A DNA stretch of 63,445 nt, counting the filler, from Octopus bimaculoides (lineage: Eukaryota): the NCBI RefSeq assembly GCF_001194135.2. It is 7 parts of 5 records of this genome, joined end to end, with 100 filler letters (N's around TTAATTAATTAA, not from the genome) between each part and the next. Parts side by side here need not be neighbours in the genome. Positions count along the whole stretch, not along the records: positions 29,567 to 59,081 come from NC_068985.1; 6 more parts are not named here. The stretch is one strand, 5' to 3'. Shown here one piece after another: positions 36,046 to 49,480 of the stretch. The position numbers and the translations under genes were made by a program. The notes beneath the pieces were generated by a model that saw nothing but the letters and a program-made list of their open reading frames with translations, was not told where the DNA came from and did not search any database. Every line of letters begins with the position of its first letter. Within the stretch, counting starts at the first letter, position 1.

Positions 36046-37072
36046 GTAATTAAACTTATTTCAGAGGTGCCGTTGCTTGGTTACATGCATGTGAGGCTGC
36101 GTGTGAATTATATAACAACACCAAGCAAACACTTAATAGTAACTTTTATTTCACTGCACGAGTAATATTAAAGTTGGTCATGAATTATAAAGCTTCAACA
36201 TCAAGTCAGCACAACTGAAGGAATAATTCTGTAGTATTCATAGTTAATTGTTTACAATGAGCTCTGAACTGAAACTTGACAAGGCAAGAGAAAATATACA
36301 CAGTAGATTCAATTTGGCCAACTAAATTATCATGTCCAAGCTGAGCTAAAAGTCATGAAAACGACTATTGCAAAGGTGAGAGAGTGTGTAGCAGTTTCGC
36401 AGGTTAGTACGCACTCTGAAAATTGGTACTAAATCCAGCTTATATATATATATATNNNNNNNNNNNNNNNNNNNNNNNNNNNNNNNNNNNNNNNNNNNNN
36501 NNNNNNNNNNNNNNNNNNNNNNNNNNNNNNNNNNNNNNNNNNNNNNNNNNNNNNNNNNNNNNNNNNNNNNNNNNNNNNNNNNNNNNNNNNNNNNNNNNNN
36601 NNNNNNNNNNNNNNNNNNNNNNNNNNNNNNNNNNNNNNNNNNNNNNNNNNNNNNNNNNNNNNNNNNNNNNNNNNNNNNNNNNNNNNNNNNNNNNNNNNNN
36701 NNNNNNNNNNNNNNNNNNNNNNNNNNNNNNNNNNNNNNNNNNNNNNNNNNNNNNNNNNNNNNNNNNNNNNNNNNNNNNNNNNNNNNNNNNNNNNNNNNNN
36801 NNNNNNNNNNNNNNNNNNNNNNNNNNNNNNNNNNNNNNNNNNNNNNNNNNNNNNNNNNNNNNNNNNNNNNNNNNNNNNNNNNNNNNNNNNNNNNNNNNNN
36901 NNNNNNNNNNNNNNNNNNNNNNNNNNNNNNNNNNNNNNNNNNNNNNNNNNNNNNNNNNNNNNNNNNNNNNNNNNNNNNNNNNNNNNNNNNNNNNNNNNNN
37001 NNNNNNNNNNNNNNNNNNNNNNNNNNNNNNNNNNNNTATATATATATATATATATATATATATAACTCTACC

Positions 37073-37453
37073 GTGGAGGTGCAATGGCTCAGTGGTTAGG
37101 GTAGTGGACTCGCGGTCATAGGATCGCGGTTTCAATTCCCAGATTGAGCGTTGAAGTGTTTATTGAGCAAAAACACCTAAAGCTCCACGTGGCTCCGGCA
37201 GGGTGTGGTGGCGAACCCTACTGTATTCTTCCACCACAGCTTTCTCTCACTCTTTCTTCCTGTTTCTGTTGTACCTGTATTTCAAAGGACCAGCCTTGTC
37301 ACACTCTGTGCCACGTTGAATCTCCCCGAGAACTACTTTAAGGGTACACGTATCTGTGGAGTTCTCAGCCACTTGCACGTTAATTTCACGAGCAGGCTGT
37401 TCCGTTGATCGGATCAACTGGAACCCTCGTCCTCGTAACCAACGGAGTGCCAC
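37073..37453 (+). mobile_element. SINE family B, full length
   Basis: GTGGAGGTGCAATGGCTCAGTGG...ACGGAGTGCC. Confidence 0.9.
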
Positions 37454-37910
37454 GATAACTACATTAGGGAAAAGTACCATAGAGATCGAGATGAGCGATC
37501 GCGACCAGTGTTGAGCCATGTCGTGGCTGGAAGTCCGTAATGCGGTGACTCGGGTTCGAGTCCCGCTACAGAGGAAATGATGATGAATGTGAGGAGAAAG
37601 AGAAGGTGAGGTTTTTAGTGATACTACTGCTATAGATGCTATTATTGCTCGACTTGGTGGTGGGGATTGATGGCTATTGTAATGGTGGCGGTCCCATTGT
37701 TATTACTTGTGTTAGTGAAGGCAGAGTTTGTTGTGCCGATGATCTTAATCTGGTTGCGATTTTAGAAGGAGAGGATGAAGCTAGCGTTCGTACTGGTTGC
37801 TGGAGATATTCCAGATGACTGTGGCCAAAAGCAGAAAATTTCAAATTCAGCTGCACACAAATATGGAAATAAAGAAATTGTTTAAATATTATTAGTAATA
37901 AGTAGTAGTG

Positions 37911-37943
<33 letters not shown>

Positions 37944-38045
37944 GTAGTAGTAGTGTCGGTAGGAGTATAAACCGTACTGGTACAAGGAAGTGCTTGAAGT
38001 GGTTGTAATAGTTGTTTTATTAGAAGTATTAGTAGTTGTAATAAT

Positions 38046-38225
38046 CCTTTCTACTAAAGGCACACAGCCTAAAATTTCGGAGGAGAGGACTAGTCGATTG
38101 TAACGACCCCGAAAGGATGAAAGGCAAAGTCGACCTCGGTGGAATTTGAACTCAGATCGCAGCGACGGGCGAAATACCGCTAAGCATGTTGTCCGGCGTG
38201 CTGACGATTCTTCCAGCACGCCACC
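38046..38225 (-). mobile_element. SINE family C
   Basis: Reverse complement of the 39480 unit, with an internal deletion. Confidence 0.85.
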
Positions 38226-38954
38226 TTTAGTAGTTGAAATAATGCTGGCTTTGGTTGTGATGACGGAAGCCATACTTGTACTGGCGTTGCTTGTAGTGGT
38301 AGTGGTGGCTATTATATTTGTAGTAGCATCAGCAGCAGTACTAGTAGTAGTAGTAGTAGTAGTAGTAGCAGCAGCAATAGCAGTAACAACAACATTAGCA
38401 ACATCAGTATAAGACAAAGACGAATAGCTAAATATTTGCCCACTAATATGGACGGACGCTGTCCTTTTTGCTTTGCAACTAAAACGCTCGGTTGTTTGAA
38501 AGTTTGTGAACAGCTGTAGATCTCCCAGCCGTTTTCTTCATACAATTCCTCGGCACACCCATACTAAGTCATGCAAGCCAAACAACTCAAATAACACCCT
38601 ACTTTTCCCTAACGCCTTCGTTCTCTAGCGTTGTTTGGTCATTAAGATATGGCGGAACCGGTCTTATAGAATGAAAGTATATATATTTTTTTTATATCCT
38701 GCTTTTTTTTTTTTTCGCTCGTGTGTTTTTGCTTTGAATTCTATAACGAGGCACAAAAGAAGAAAAACAGTTAGGTTAATATTATATAAATGTCTGCAGA
38801 GCATCTTTCAGTGAAATACTATTAAAATAAGTCGATCGAACTAAAATACATGTTTTCTTTTATACAAACGTATGTATATATATATATGTGTGTATTTGTG
38901 TGTGCGTGCGTGTGAGCATGTGTATGTGTCTGTATATGTATATGTATATATATG

Positions 38955-39017
<63 letters not shown>

Positions 39018-39255
39018 ATGTATATGTATGTGTATATGTATATATATATATATGTATATATTTATACGTACATATGTATATGCATGTATATGTATGCGTA
39101 TTTATATGCACCTATATGNNNNNNNNNNNNNNNNNNNNNNNNNNNNNNNNNNNNNNNNNNNNNNNNNNNNNNNNNNNNNNNNNNNNNNNNNNNNNNNNNN
39201 NNNNNNNNNNNNNNNNNNNNNNNNNNNNNNNNNNNNNNNNNNNNNNNNNNNNNNN

Positions 39256-39305
<50 letters not shown>

Positions 39306-39479
39306 TATACTCCTCTTTCACTCCCTTTCTCTCATGCACTTTCTCTCTCTCGCCCTACATATATGTATATACGTATGTGTGTATGTGTGTGTCTGTGTGT
39401 GTATGCGTGTGTGTGTCACATATTTTCTAAGAAAACATACTGAGGATAAACATGTACAATATATTTCAATCAAAAGACT

Positions 39480-39680
39480 GCGAGCTGGCAGAAACGTTAG
39501 CACGCTTAGCGGTATTTCGTCTGTCTTTACGTTCTGAGTTCAAATTCCACCGAGATCGACTTTGCCTTTCATCTTTTCGGGCTCGATAAATTAAGTACCA
39601 GTTGCGTTATTGGGATCGATCTAATCGACTGGCCCCCTCGCCTTAATTTCGGGTCTTGTGCTTAGAGTAGAAAAGAATAT
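39480..39680 (+). mobile_element. SINE family C
   Basis: AGCTGGCAGAAACGTTAGC...GAGTTCAAATTCC...CTTGTGCTTAGAGTAGAAAAGAAT. Confidence 0.9.
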
Positions 39681-39714
39681 ATTTCATATAGTGCATATAT
39701 ATGTATATATGTCT

Positions 39715-39912
39715 TATCTCTGTGTTTGTTCCAAAGCAACACTTGATAACTGGTATTGATGTGTTTACGTCCCTGTGAATTAGCGGTTCAACAAAAGATA
39801 CCGAAAGAATAAATATCAGGCTTTAAAAAAATAAGTCGTTTCATTCGACTAAAAATTCCTTAATCTGGTACCCTAGCATGGCTGCAGTCTAATGACCGAA
39901 AGAAGTAAAAGT
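39715..39912 (+). mobile_element. SINE family A 3' half
   Basis: GTGTTTACGTCCC...TAGCATGGCTGCAGTCTAATGACCGAAAGAAGTAAAAG. Confidence 0.75.
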
Positions 39913-39949
39913 TCTAGTTTAGGTGGCCAGACGGATAGATAATTGTTGG

Positions 39950-40160
39950 CTTCAAATTTTGGCACAAGACCAGCAATTTCGATGGAGGGTCTAGTTGATT
40001 ACATAGACCCAGGTGCTCAGCTGGTGCTTATTTTATCGACCCCGAAAGGATGAAAGGTAAAATCGTCCTCTGCAGCATTTAAACTGAGAACCTAAAGACG
40101 GACGAAATACCGGTAAGCATTTTACTCGGCGCGGTAACGATTGTGCCAGCTCGCCGCCTC
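39950..40160 (-). mobile_element. SINE family C
   Basis: Reverse complement of the family C unit. Confidence 0.85.
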
Positions 40161-43129
40161 AAGTAGAGAAATATTAATGGGCACAAACAGGCAAATATCA
40201 ATACGTAGCAGTACTAATATTTATGTGCATAAATGTATGTGTGTGTGTGTGTGTTTATGACAATATAGTATATGTTTACAATATGAAAGTGGACGACACG
40301 CGAAGGACGAGGGGGTATACATTTGTTTGTATAGTAGTGTTATTTGCGTACATTGGATGAGAAAGGAAAGAGAAAAAAGAAGAGGAGAAGAAAGGAGAAC
40401 AAAATCGAAAGTAAGGTAGTAGTCAGAGAGTGCGCATGCTTTTAGTATTGTGTGAAACCTAGGTACACCACTCATATGATAATTGCCATATTCATCCGCC
40501 TGTTTTGTGTCAAATTTTTGCTTTTTGTTGTCTTATACTTTGTACTGCCTTAACAACAACAAACACGGTTTCAATATGTATTGAAATCAATGCTTGGGAT
40601 GTAATTTAGTCATTGTTCTGTGAGAGATAAACATTAGTTCTTTTCCTTTAAAAGGACTCGCAATTTCACTCCGAGAAAATACCAGATTGTTATATTGAAC
40701 TATGAATCAAATATATTAATGGATTTTTTTTTTTTTTTTTTTTTTTTTTGCTTAATCACAGAGTGTGAAATTTTTAAATCGGGTAGTGTTGTCATGAAAA
40801 CTCAGATAATTTCTATCAGATTTGCAAATAGACGATGAAAGTCTAAAGAATTTCGAACGATATTTCGCCCTACATTTTTATTCTACATTCAGATATTGGC
40901 TTCGCATCAAACACGTTTTTAACAGATTGATCGGTTATTATCTGAGTGAGGTCAAATAAGGTCAAAATTGAGATTACGAAATAATGTCTGATGTATTTTA
41001 GAGAGAGATTTATATTTCAGAAGGACACAGATATTTCAATCTATTCCAGTAGAAAAATATTCGGTATATTTATGATTCCTAATTTATCTATCAGGTGTTA
41101 CGAATCAAAAAAAAATAATAAACTAGTTAATAAAGTACTCAATATATTTTAATATGCACAGATAAGTATTTATTCGAGTGGTGAGCCTCATCTCTTTCAA
41201 CTAAATTTGAGAACTTCATCGGAGGTAAATGATTGCTTCGAGAGTGAACCAAAACACTTGAGCTCATCTGTTGTGTAATATCGCATATGAAGTCTTATAT
41301 TCTTTGGTGAGCTTCAAAATCTGTACATCAGGTAAAGTACTCAAATTTGGACAAACTCTCAAACTGCTGTGAGGGGAATAACTCGAAGTTTCAAACAGAT
41401 ATGCATCAGTGAATCATATTCCTCACTTTATAATACGAATTGAGTACTTTCGAAGATTATTCGCGGGAAGAAAGAAGTAAATAGTGGTTTTCCAGACAAA
41501 AAGGGTACAAATAAGATGTTAAAAGGTAGAATTACAAGATGAAGTGGAACGTCATGGCGCATTCATATGTTAAACTCAAACTACATCTTATTGCAGACTG
41601 TAAAATTTGCAACAATCACAATAGCATCTAAATTAGCAAGGCAACCAAATTGTTTTGGTAGGAGAAAGAAGTGCCTTCCGTGTATGTGGCAGTTTGACTG
41701 TATGTCAAATACATACGAACACATATTTTCAGAAGGCTTACAACAGAACTACGGAATATATGCTTGAAGAATACGCGTTGGGTGGAAATGAAAGGAAGGA
41801 AGCGGTAACCGGATTAAAAAAATAGAACTTTTTATAGGTCAGTGGAACAGGAAGGAAAGAAGAACCGTGGTATTTTGTTTTCTTTTATCCGAAGGAAGGA
41901 CGGACAATGCGTAGATTTAAGCGTACGAATGTGTGTCAGCATGTATATGCGTATATCAATAATATGAATTTAAGTAGCGAACGTTGTTACTACCGATGAG
42001 AAACTTACGGATGTCACATAATATAATTCTCTTTCTACAATTTAATCCAGAACAACGTTTCTATACGAAATCAGTGTGGTGCGCCTTTTCAGTGACGTGA
42101 CCTGGAAGGTAAGAAATATTGTTGTGGTACCCTGAATATGATGTTGATAAGTTTGATGAGGTGATACTGGTCCTTAACCCATCTGAGTAGCCTGTCCATA
42201 ATTTGTCTACTTCTACAGAAGTATACATTAGTTTACTGGGCTAGAAAACTACATGAAGGAGAGCGATAATAAATATAATCATTATCAGTAATTTTCAGAC
42301 AATAGCTTAGCATTAGTTTTTAATTAATTGATCTTATAGGTAAGTATGTGTTGAGTTACATTTTTAGCCTATTGCATAATAACGAAATGAAACGTGACTT
42401 TTAAATGAATAAAAGTTTCCATCTCTTACCAAACAGCTTTGTTTATATTTTACATACACTCTACACTGCGGAACACTCTCTTCATTAACTGTTGTCTGAA
42501 GATTACAACTACCCCGGCACCTAATGATACTTTTGCTCCTGTCGTTTGTTCCAAGTTGCATTGATGATACAAGAGAATATCTTGGTTGTTTTTGGACCTC
42601 ACTATTGCACACTGTTGCTCTATGTTATCCATGCGGCTACGACACCAAACTGGAAGCAGTTGAGTTGCAATAATTCCAACCATGCAGAAGCTGGGCTTTT
42701 TTCATTAGGTGATTGTTTACCTGGAATGTAATGTAATTATGTCAAACACATGACCTATTTAAGAACTTCAAACCAATTAACATAAACGTTTCCCTGTATG
42801 ACAAAAAGAACAGGGTCGAAAGTCAAGATAGTCCAGATGTCTGCATTTATGATGCATTCTATAATATGTTATGAATCTATCTTGGAGATTTTGCACAAAA
42901 AAACCAACAAAATGGTTTACACGTAGCATTCTGTAATGGTGACTAAAAGATAGGCTTGTCTAACATACTATAGAATTTTAAATATATATATTTGTTTTAG
43001 TCAATATTGCTAGGTGTTAAAGTCTAATGTATGTATAAGAAGCGGTAGATATGATATACATTTTTATTTGGTTTAACCTCAGCTTCAGTAGAATCAAGTC
43101 ATGCGTCCTCTCTCCTTTAGGTTTACACA

Positions 43130-43320
43130 TTACATAATGCATATCTGTTGTTGTACTTGTCGTTTATCTCTAAGGCATCCCTGATTGAGTAGATCTATGA
43201 CTAATCATGCAGCAATTGGGAACAACCCGTCTTTTTTAAGAAAGAAAGGGCATGAGTTGAGGGAGATTTGGTTGCTATTTCTTACAGATCGAGAAACTAC
43301 ATATAATCTTCCTTGATGGT
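43130..43320 (+). repeat. Unclassified old dispersed repeat (core TTGAGG.AGATTTGG.TGCTATTT; also ~3735-3770 + and ~52490-52600 -)
   Basis: Shared ~30 bp core at three positions. Confidence 0.4.
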
Positions 43321-44545
43321 TCATATAATTAACATTTATACACTGTGGTATATGGACTTGTTTGTTGGTTTCAAATACCCTATGATATATAAGTTATTGA
43401 CAATTAGAAATGACGGCACTTGACTTAGTTCTGCTTACGATTGTTCTAAAAAGAAACAAAAGCCCCAATCGCCAAGCTGCCGGACGCATATTCTCTTGAA
43501 CAGAAATAGCCATTACAGAAAGACTTACTGAGTTTACATAAACATCGTGTAGGAATCCACAGTGTTTGTAATATTTCCTTCTTTTCCTGCAATTTTTTAA
43601 ACTATACTCTTCCATTCAACAAGATTAATTACTATCTCATGGCATACAGTTTCATGGAATTTAAAGATGCAAAAATAATACGAATGGATAGGACGGGATC
43701 AACATGGAGTTAAACATTGATAACCTTGTGACGATGACGAGTTGACTGCGTAGAAATTTATTTCTTTTTAATGCGTTTTTCGTATTTGGATTGAGGATAA
43801 AATATCACGAAATGATGTCCAGTATTCATTGTACTTCCTCCTCACCGTCAAGCCTCATCCTTCCCCCCCCCTTCTAACTAATACGCTTTTCTTTATCATT
43901 TCCCACTTTCTAGCAGTATCGTATAATCTTTCTTTGTTTTTTCTCCTTCTACACACACACACACACACACANNNNNNNNNNNNNNNNNNNNNNNNNNNNN
44001 NNNNNNNNNNNNNNNNNNNNNNNNNNNNNNNNNNNNNNNNNNNNNNNNNNNNNNNNNNNNNNNNNNNNNNNNNNNNNNNNNNNNNNNNNNNNNNNNNNNN
44101 NNNNNNNNNNNNNNNNNNNNNNNNNNNNNNNNNNNNNNNNNNNNNNNNNNNNNNNNNNNNNNNNNNNNNNNNNNNNNNNNNNNNNNNNNNNNNNNNNNNN
44201 NNNNNNNNNNNNNNNNNNNNNNNNNNNNNNNNNNNNNNNNNNNNNNNNNNNNNNNNNNNNNNNNNNNNNNNNNNNNNNNNNNNNNNNNNNNNNNNNNNNN
44301 NNNNNNNNNNNNNNNNNNNNNNNNNNNNNNNNNNNNNNNNNNNNNNNNNNNNNNNNNNNNNNNNNNNNNNNNNNNNNNNNNNNNNNNNNNNNNNNNNNNN
44401 NNNNNNNNNNNNNNNNNNNNNNNNNNNNNNNNNNNNNNNNNNNNNNNNNNNNNNNNNNNNNNNNNNNNNNNNNNNNNNNNNNNNNNNNNNNNNNNNNNNN
44501 NNNNNNNNNNNNNNNNNNNNNNNNNNNNNNNNNNNNNNNNNNNNN

Positions 44546-44582
<37 letters not shown>

Positions 44583-44729
44583 GGGGAGGTACATGTGCGT
44601 GTACACATGCTCACACAATAACACATACACATATGCGCACTAACATGCATACACACACACATACACGCATATATATATATTAGAAAGAGAGAGAGATGCA
44701 TACATATATACACTTACAAACGTATATGT

Positions 44730-44761
<32 letters not shown>

Positions 44762-44763
44762 CC

Positions 44764-44812
<49 letters not shown>

Positions 44813-45044
44813 ATATGTATGTGTGTATTTACGAGCAATTTTTCGCTTACACATAATTTGGAGCATTTTGAACTATTACTAAGTGCCTATCCAATATGGA
44901 CCATCCAACTTGGAGTGACTAATGCTTATTTGTGCATGACACACGTTAATGTATTGTAGTAGTTTCATTGTTACGTTGTTTGAAAATAAGCATGTATTTG
45001 TATACTCAGCTTTTAATAGTTATAATAATAATAATAATATTAAT

Positions 45045-45230
45045 AATGGTAAGTGCCAATTATTGTTGGGTCCTTGGGAACAGTATCAGAAGGCATCAAG
45101 AGGAATAGAGTAAGTACCCAGTAGAACTGTTACAAAAGCTTTGCTTCCTTGGCACGGCCAGAATAATCAGAAAAGTATTCGATAATTGAAAAGAACGGAT
45201 AGGCTGCATGTAACAAGCCCGCTATGCATG
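45045..45230 (+). mobile_element. R4/Dong-like RLE C-terminal fragment after (TAA)n
   Basis: VPIIVGSLGTVSEGIKRN...VELLQKLCFLGTARIIRKVFDN*, matching the PIIVG.LG...LQK..LLGTA.ILRK terminus. Confidence 0.7.
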
Positions 45231-45246
45231 CAAGACTCCACGAGCT

Positions 45247-45535
45247 CTCTGGAAACGCGGGTGTTCAATATCCTTAAACAACCCTTATTCAGGGACCTTT
45301 TGAGCGGTATAGACTACTCGACCTGAATAAAATTTTAACTGGGCTCCGCCTGCAAAGTTATCCGCTGTTAATTTTGGTATGAGATCACCATGTCGCGCAC
45401 ACATGGTTGTGATGCATGTGCTTGGTGTACCCTTATCAGACGGGTAGTCCTGATGGATATACTCGGCTTCGTATATTTTACCCCAGTGTCACTTTCATTG
45501 CATGCTCTTCTTTCTTGCTCAATAATAATGATTAC
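45247..45535 (+). mobile_element. Non-coding ~290 bp repeat ending in TAA (reverse copy at 57020-57270)
   Basis: CCTTAAACAACCCTTATTCAG...CTTATCAGACGGGTAGTC...TTTTACCCCAGTGTCACTTT...CTCAATAATAAT. Confidence 0.8.
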
Positions 45536-45604
45536 AATGGTTTTAAATTTGACACAAGGCCCACAAATAAGTGAGGGGCTAGCCAATTACCTAGAACCCA
45601 GTAC

Positions 45605-46395
45605 TTGAGGGCAATTTGCCGAAGGTAAGTATGGTCATACATTTTCATGGTAAATATGAGTCATTTTTTTATTCTTGTTCGATCACTTCCTTCTAACAGA
45701 TCTTGTGACATTTCCTAGTATTTTGATGTACCACTCGTTGTTCACTGCACCGTTACGTGCCCAAAAAGTGGAATGAAACTTTTGTCATCTTCTCTCAAAT
45801 CACAATGACTTTCCGGGTCGATCGCTGCTCTTGAACTTTTTAGACCGTGTAGAAGAGGTGTGACGCAATTCCAGTGACTGAACCTTCATTTCCGAATCAT
45901 AAAGATAATACCATGTTTCCTACCCTGTCACAAGGACAGAAATAACATATATTCGTTGCCTTCAGAGGCTTCCAGCAGATCAGAGCAGCAGACTTCCATC
46001 CTCTCCACTTCAAATCGACTGTCAACTGTCGTGATACCAACTTTTCATGCTCCTTCAAACACCCAAAGTTTTCAACCATCTTCTATAATGCATTGTACCC
46101 ACAGTCCATTTATATAGCAAACTTTCGATTTTTTCACTCGTCTGTCTGCGAATCAATTCGTCTAATCACTAATGATTCATCTCAGGTGTTGCAGCTGATA
46201 ATCTCCCATTGCATGGTTTCTCTTCTACGTTGATTTCTCCTTCTTGAAACGTTTTCCTCCATCTGTAAAAGAAACTCGTAGCCTTCTATGACTATCGGAC
46301 TCCACCTTCGTCAAAAAGCCAATGATGACCCGTTCTTCTGCTTGGAACTTATTACTGAATTCCAAGCATATGAAGAACGGATAGAAGTGGTACTA
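45605..46395 (-). pseudogene. Mariner transposase pseudogene (N-terminus to second catalytic Asp region)
   Basis: FYRWRKTFQEGEINVEEKPCNGR; LVSRQLT; VTG*ETWYYLYDSEMKVQSLE.RHTSS; TVNNEWYIKIL; HENV*PY (equivalent to HDNARPH); heavily disrupted. Confidence 0.85.
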
Positions 46396-46454
46396 TAAAA
46401 GAAGAGCTATTCTGTTGATGTGCAATCTGAGCAACCTATATCCTTTTCTTCTCT

Positions 46455-46875
46455 AGGCACAAGGCCCGAAATTTGGGGGGAGGGGGCCAGTCAATTAGAT
46501 CGACCCTAGTATGCAACTGACACTTAATTTATTGACTCCGAAAGGATGAAAATCAAAGTCGACCTCGGAGGAATTTGCACTCAGAACGTAAAGACAGACG
46601 AAATACCGCTAAGCATTTCGTCCGGCTTGCTAACGTTTCTAATTTCTTTATTGCCCACAAGGGTCTAAACATAGAGGGGACAAACAAGGACAGACAAAGG
46701 TATTAAATCAATTACATCGACCCCAGTGCGTAACTGGTACTTAATTTATCGACCCCGAAAGGATGAAAGGCAAATTCGACCTCGGGGGAATTTGAACTCA
46801 GAACGTAGAGATAGACAAAACACCGCTAATCATTTCGCCTGGCGTTCTAACATTCCTGCCAGCCCGCCGCCTTTG
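46455..46875 (-). mobile_element. Two tandem SINE family C copies (~46455-46640 and ~46715-46875)
   Basis: Two successive reverse-complement family C units. Confidence 0.85.
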
Positions 46876-47331
46876 AGCGACCTGTATCAATTAATAAGTT
46901 ATGTCGAATTTTGCAATACTTCCGTTACAACTCCTGCGCGCGCGCGTATGTGTGTGCGCGTGTACGTGCGTGTGTATGTGTTTTACTTGCTAAAATCTAA
47001 ATAACGCTAGGAATAGGTGCGTTTGCACTCATATAAAAGTTCAATAAACAAACACTACCTTATAAGGGTCCGAACACATATGCAGATAGGTGTTTACAGC
47101 AGCGAACACAACATTGTTGATCTATGTCTATGCTATATTCAGGAGAGTGAGGCAAAGAGGTGAACAAATTCTGTTTTTTTTAAAAGCGGATTCAGCAGAA
47201 ACCACGACACAAGGAACTTCGCTACAGAATTTTTGAGTGTAGAAGAGTTTTACGAAAAGCTTCAAAGACTCTAAGTTGAAAGAAATGTTTATATTCAGCT
47301 AAGAAAAGGGAATATAGATAGTAGTTATTGA

Positions 47332-47697
47332 TGTTGCTGTTGGCAATCCGTCGCTTGCAACGACGAGAGTTCCAATTGATCCGATCAACGGAACGGCCTG
47401 CTCGTGAAATTAACGTGCAAGTGGCTGAGCACTCCACAGACATGTGTACCTTTAACGTATTTCTCGGAGATATTCAGCGTGACACGACTGGCCCTTTGAA
47501 TTACAGGCTCAACAGAAACAGGAAGTAGGAGTGAGAGAAAGTTGTGATGAAAGAGTACACCATCCCCTGCTGGAGCCTCGTGGAGCTTTAGGTGTTTTCG
47601 CTCAATAAACACTCACAACGCCCGATCTGGGAATCGAAACCGTAATCCTATGACCGCGAGTCCGCTACCCTAACCACTGGGCCGTTGCGTCTCCACG
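47332..47697 (-). mobile_element. SINE family B, full length
   Basis: Collinear with 32257-32633. Confidence 0.9.
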
Positions 47698-47766
47698 AAT
47701 AATAACTCTAATAGGCCAAAATATAACAAAGTATTTTTGTGAATTAATGAGTTCTTTGTAAACTAC

Positions 47767-48080
47767 ATGGTTTAGCGGTTAGGGTATTCGGCTCACGATC
47801 GAAAGTTCGTCAGTTAGATTCCTGGCAGCGCGTTGCGGCCTTGAGCAACACACTTTATTTCACGTTGCTGCAGTCTACTAAGCTGGCAAAAGCGAGTAGC
47901 ACTTGTATTTTTCAAAGTGCCAGCTTTGATACATCTTGAGTCACATTGAATGTCCCTGCAAACTACTTTAATGTTACGCACATCTGTGGAGTACTCAGCC
48001 ACTTCCACTTTAATTTCACGAGCAGGCTGTTCTGTTGATTGGATCAGCCGGAACCCTCATCTCGTAACTGACGGAGTGTC
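47767..48080 (+). mobile_element. SINE B2 variant (different head and middle, family B 3' module)
   Basis: GGTTTAGCGGTTAGGGTATTCGGC...CCTTGAGCAACACACTTT, then TGTGGAGTACTCAGCCACTT...ACGAGCAGGCTGTT...ACGGAGTG. Confidence 0.75.
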
Positions 48081-48884
48081 TATTTTTTTCTTTTTTAGCT
48101 TACAGTTGCGAAAGCTGAAACTAGAATAGTACAGAACCGAACACAGGATACGAAACATTAACTGTGCAATTAGAAATAGCAGTGTGTTGAACAGTATCAT
48201 AATTCATAGAATATGATGCATTATTTCTAAAGTTTTGTATTGTGCACACAACCGCCGTCCCCGCCATTATTGCAACCACCACCATCACCACCAATATCAC
48301 CGCTACCGTTATCATTTGTAGTACCATCGCTATCACCTCCAATATTACTATCAGCTTTAATGTTCTTAATAAAAGACACGAAGAATTAAAGGTTTGCGAA
48401 TTTCAAGAGAATACCGAAGGAAATAGAGTTCCATAGGTCTGGGAATACTAGTCTTTTATTCTTTCTTTGTTTGTTTTTTTTGTAGTTCTTTTTCTGCTCA
48501 AATCTCTGAAATATTTCAGCATTTTCCTTTCTAATGTTCTTCACTTTATTCCAATATGCATGATTCGATTTTTCTTTGGGCAATACAAGTTAAAGAAAAA
48601 GAAATGGTATTGGAAGAATGGCATCAAATAAAAGGATTAATTAAAAATACGGAAAAGTCAGCATGAGTTGTTACAACAACAAGAACACCAAAAACAACAA
48701 CAGCTGCAGCAGCAACAGCGGTAATACCATCAACAACAGCCTCAACAGAAACAGCAGCATCAGCATCGTCAATAGAAACAACAGCAAAGACCGTGGACCT
48801 CACTGAAACATCAACAATAGCACTAGATTGTTGTCATATGAAACAGCTTTTATTAACCATAAATATATTGATAATCCTTTCTGT

Positions 48885-49480
48885 CACAAGCACAAGGCCT
48901 GAAATTTTGAGGGTGGGGCTAGTATATTACATCCACCCCAGTGTTCAATTCGTACTTATTTCATCGATGCCAGAAAAAAATGAAAGGTAAAGTCAACTTC
49001 AGTAGAATGTTGAACTCAGAACGTAAAGACCAATGAAATGCCACTAAGCATTTTCCCCGGCGTGCTAACGATTCTGCCAGCTCACCGCTTTAATAATAAT
49101 GCTTTTTACAATGCTTAGCGGTATTTCGTCTGTCTTTACGCTCTGATTTCAAATTCCGCCGGGGTCGACAAATTAAATACCAGTTGCGTACTGGGGTCGA
49201 TCTAATCGACTGAATCTCTTCCCCGAAAGCTCCTGGCCTTGTGCCTAGAGTAGAAAAGAATAATGCTTTTTACTATAGGCATAAGGCCTGAAAATTTGGT
49301 GGGGTGGAGTTAGTCGATTACATCGATCCCAGTGCTCAACTGACACTTATTCCATCGGTCCCGGAGGGACGAAAGGCAAAATCGACCTTAGGGGAATTTG
49401 AACTCAGAACGTAAAGACGGACGAAATACTGTTGAGCATTTTGTCCGGTGTGCTAACGATTCTTCCAGCTTGCCGCCTTA
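48885..49480. mobile_element. Three adjacent SINE family C copies: 48885-49090 (-), 49105-49260 (+), 49270-49480 (-)
   Basis: Alternating-orientation family C homology. Confidence 0.85.

Noticed and set aside
43505-43590. Possible 58 nt minus-strand exon with GTAAGT donor
   Set aside because: Acceptor lacks a pyrimidine tract and no frame resembles PHF12 or another known protein.
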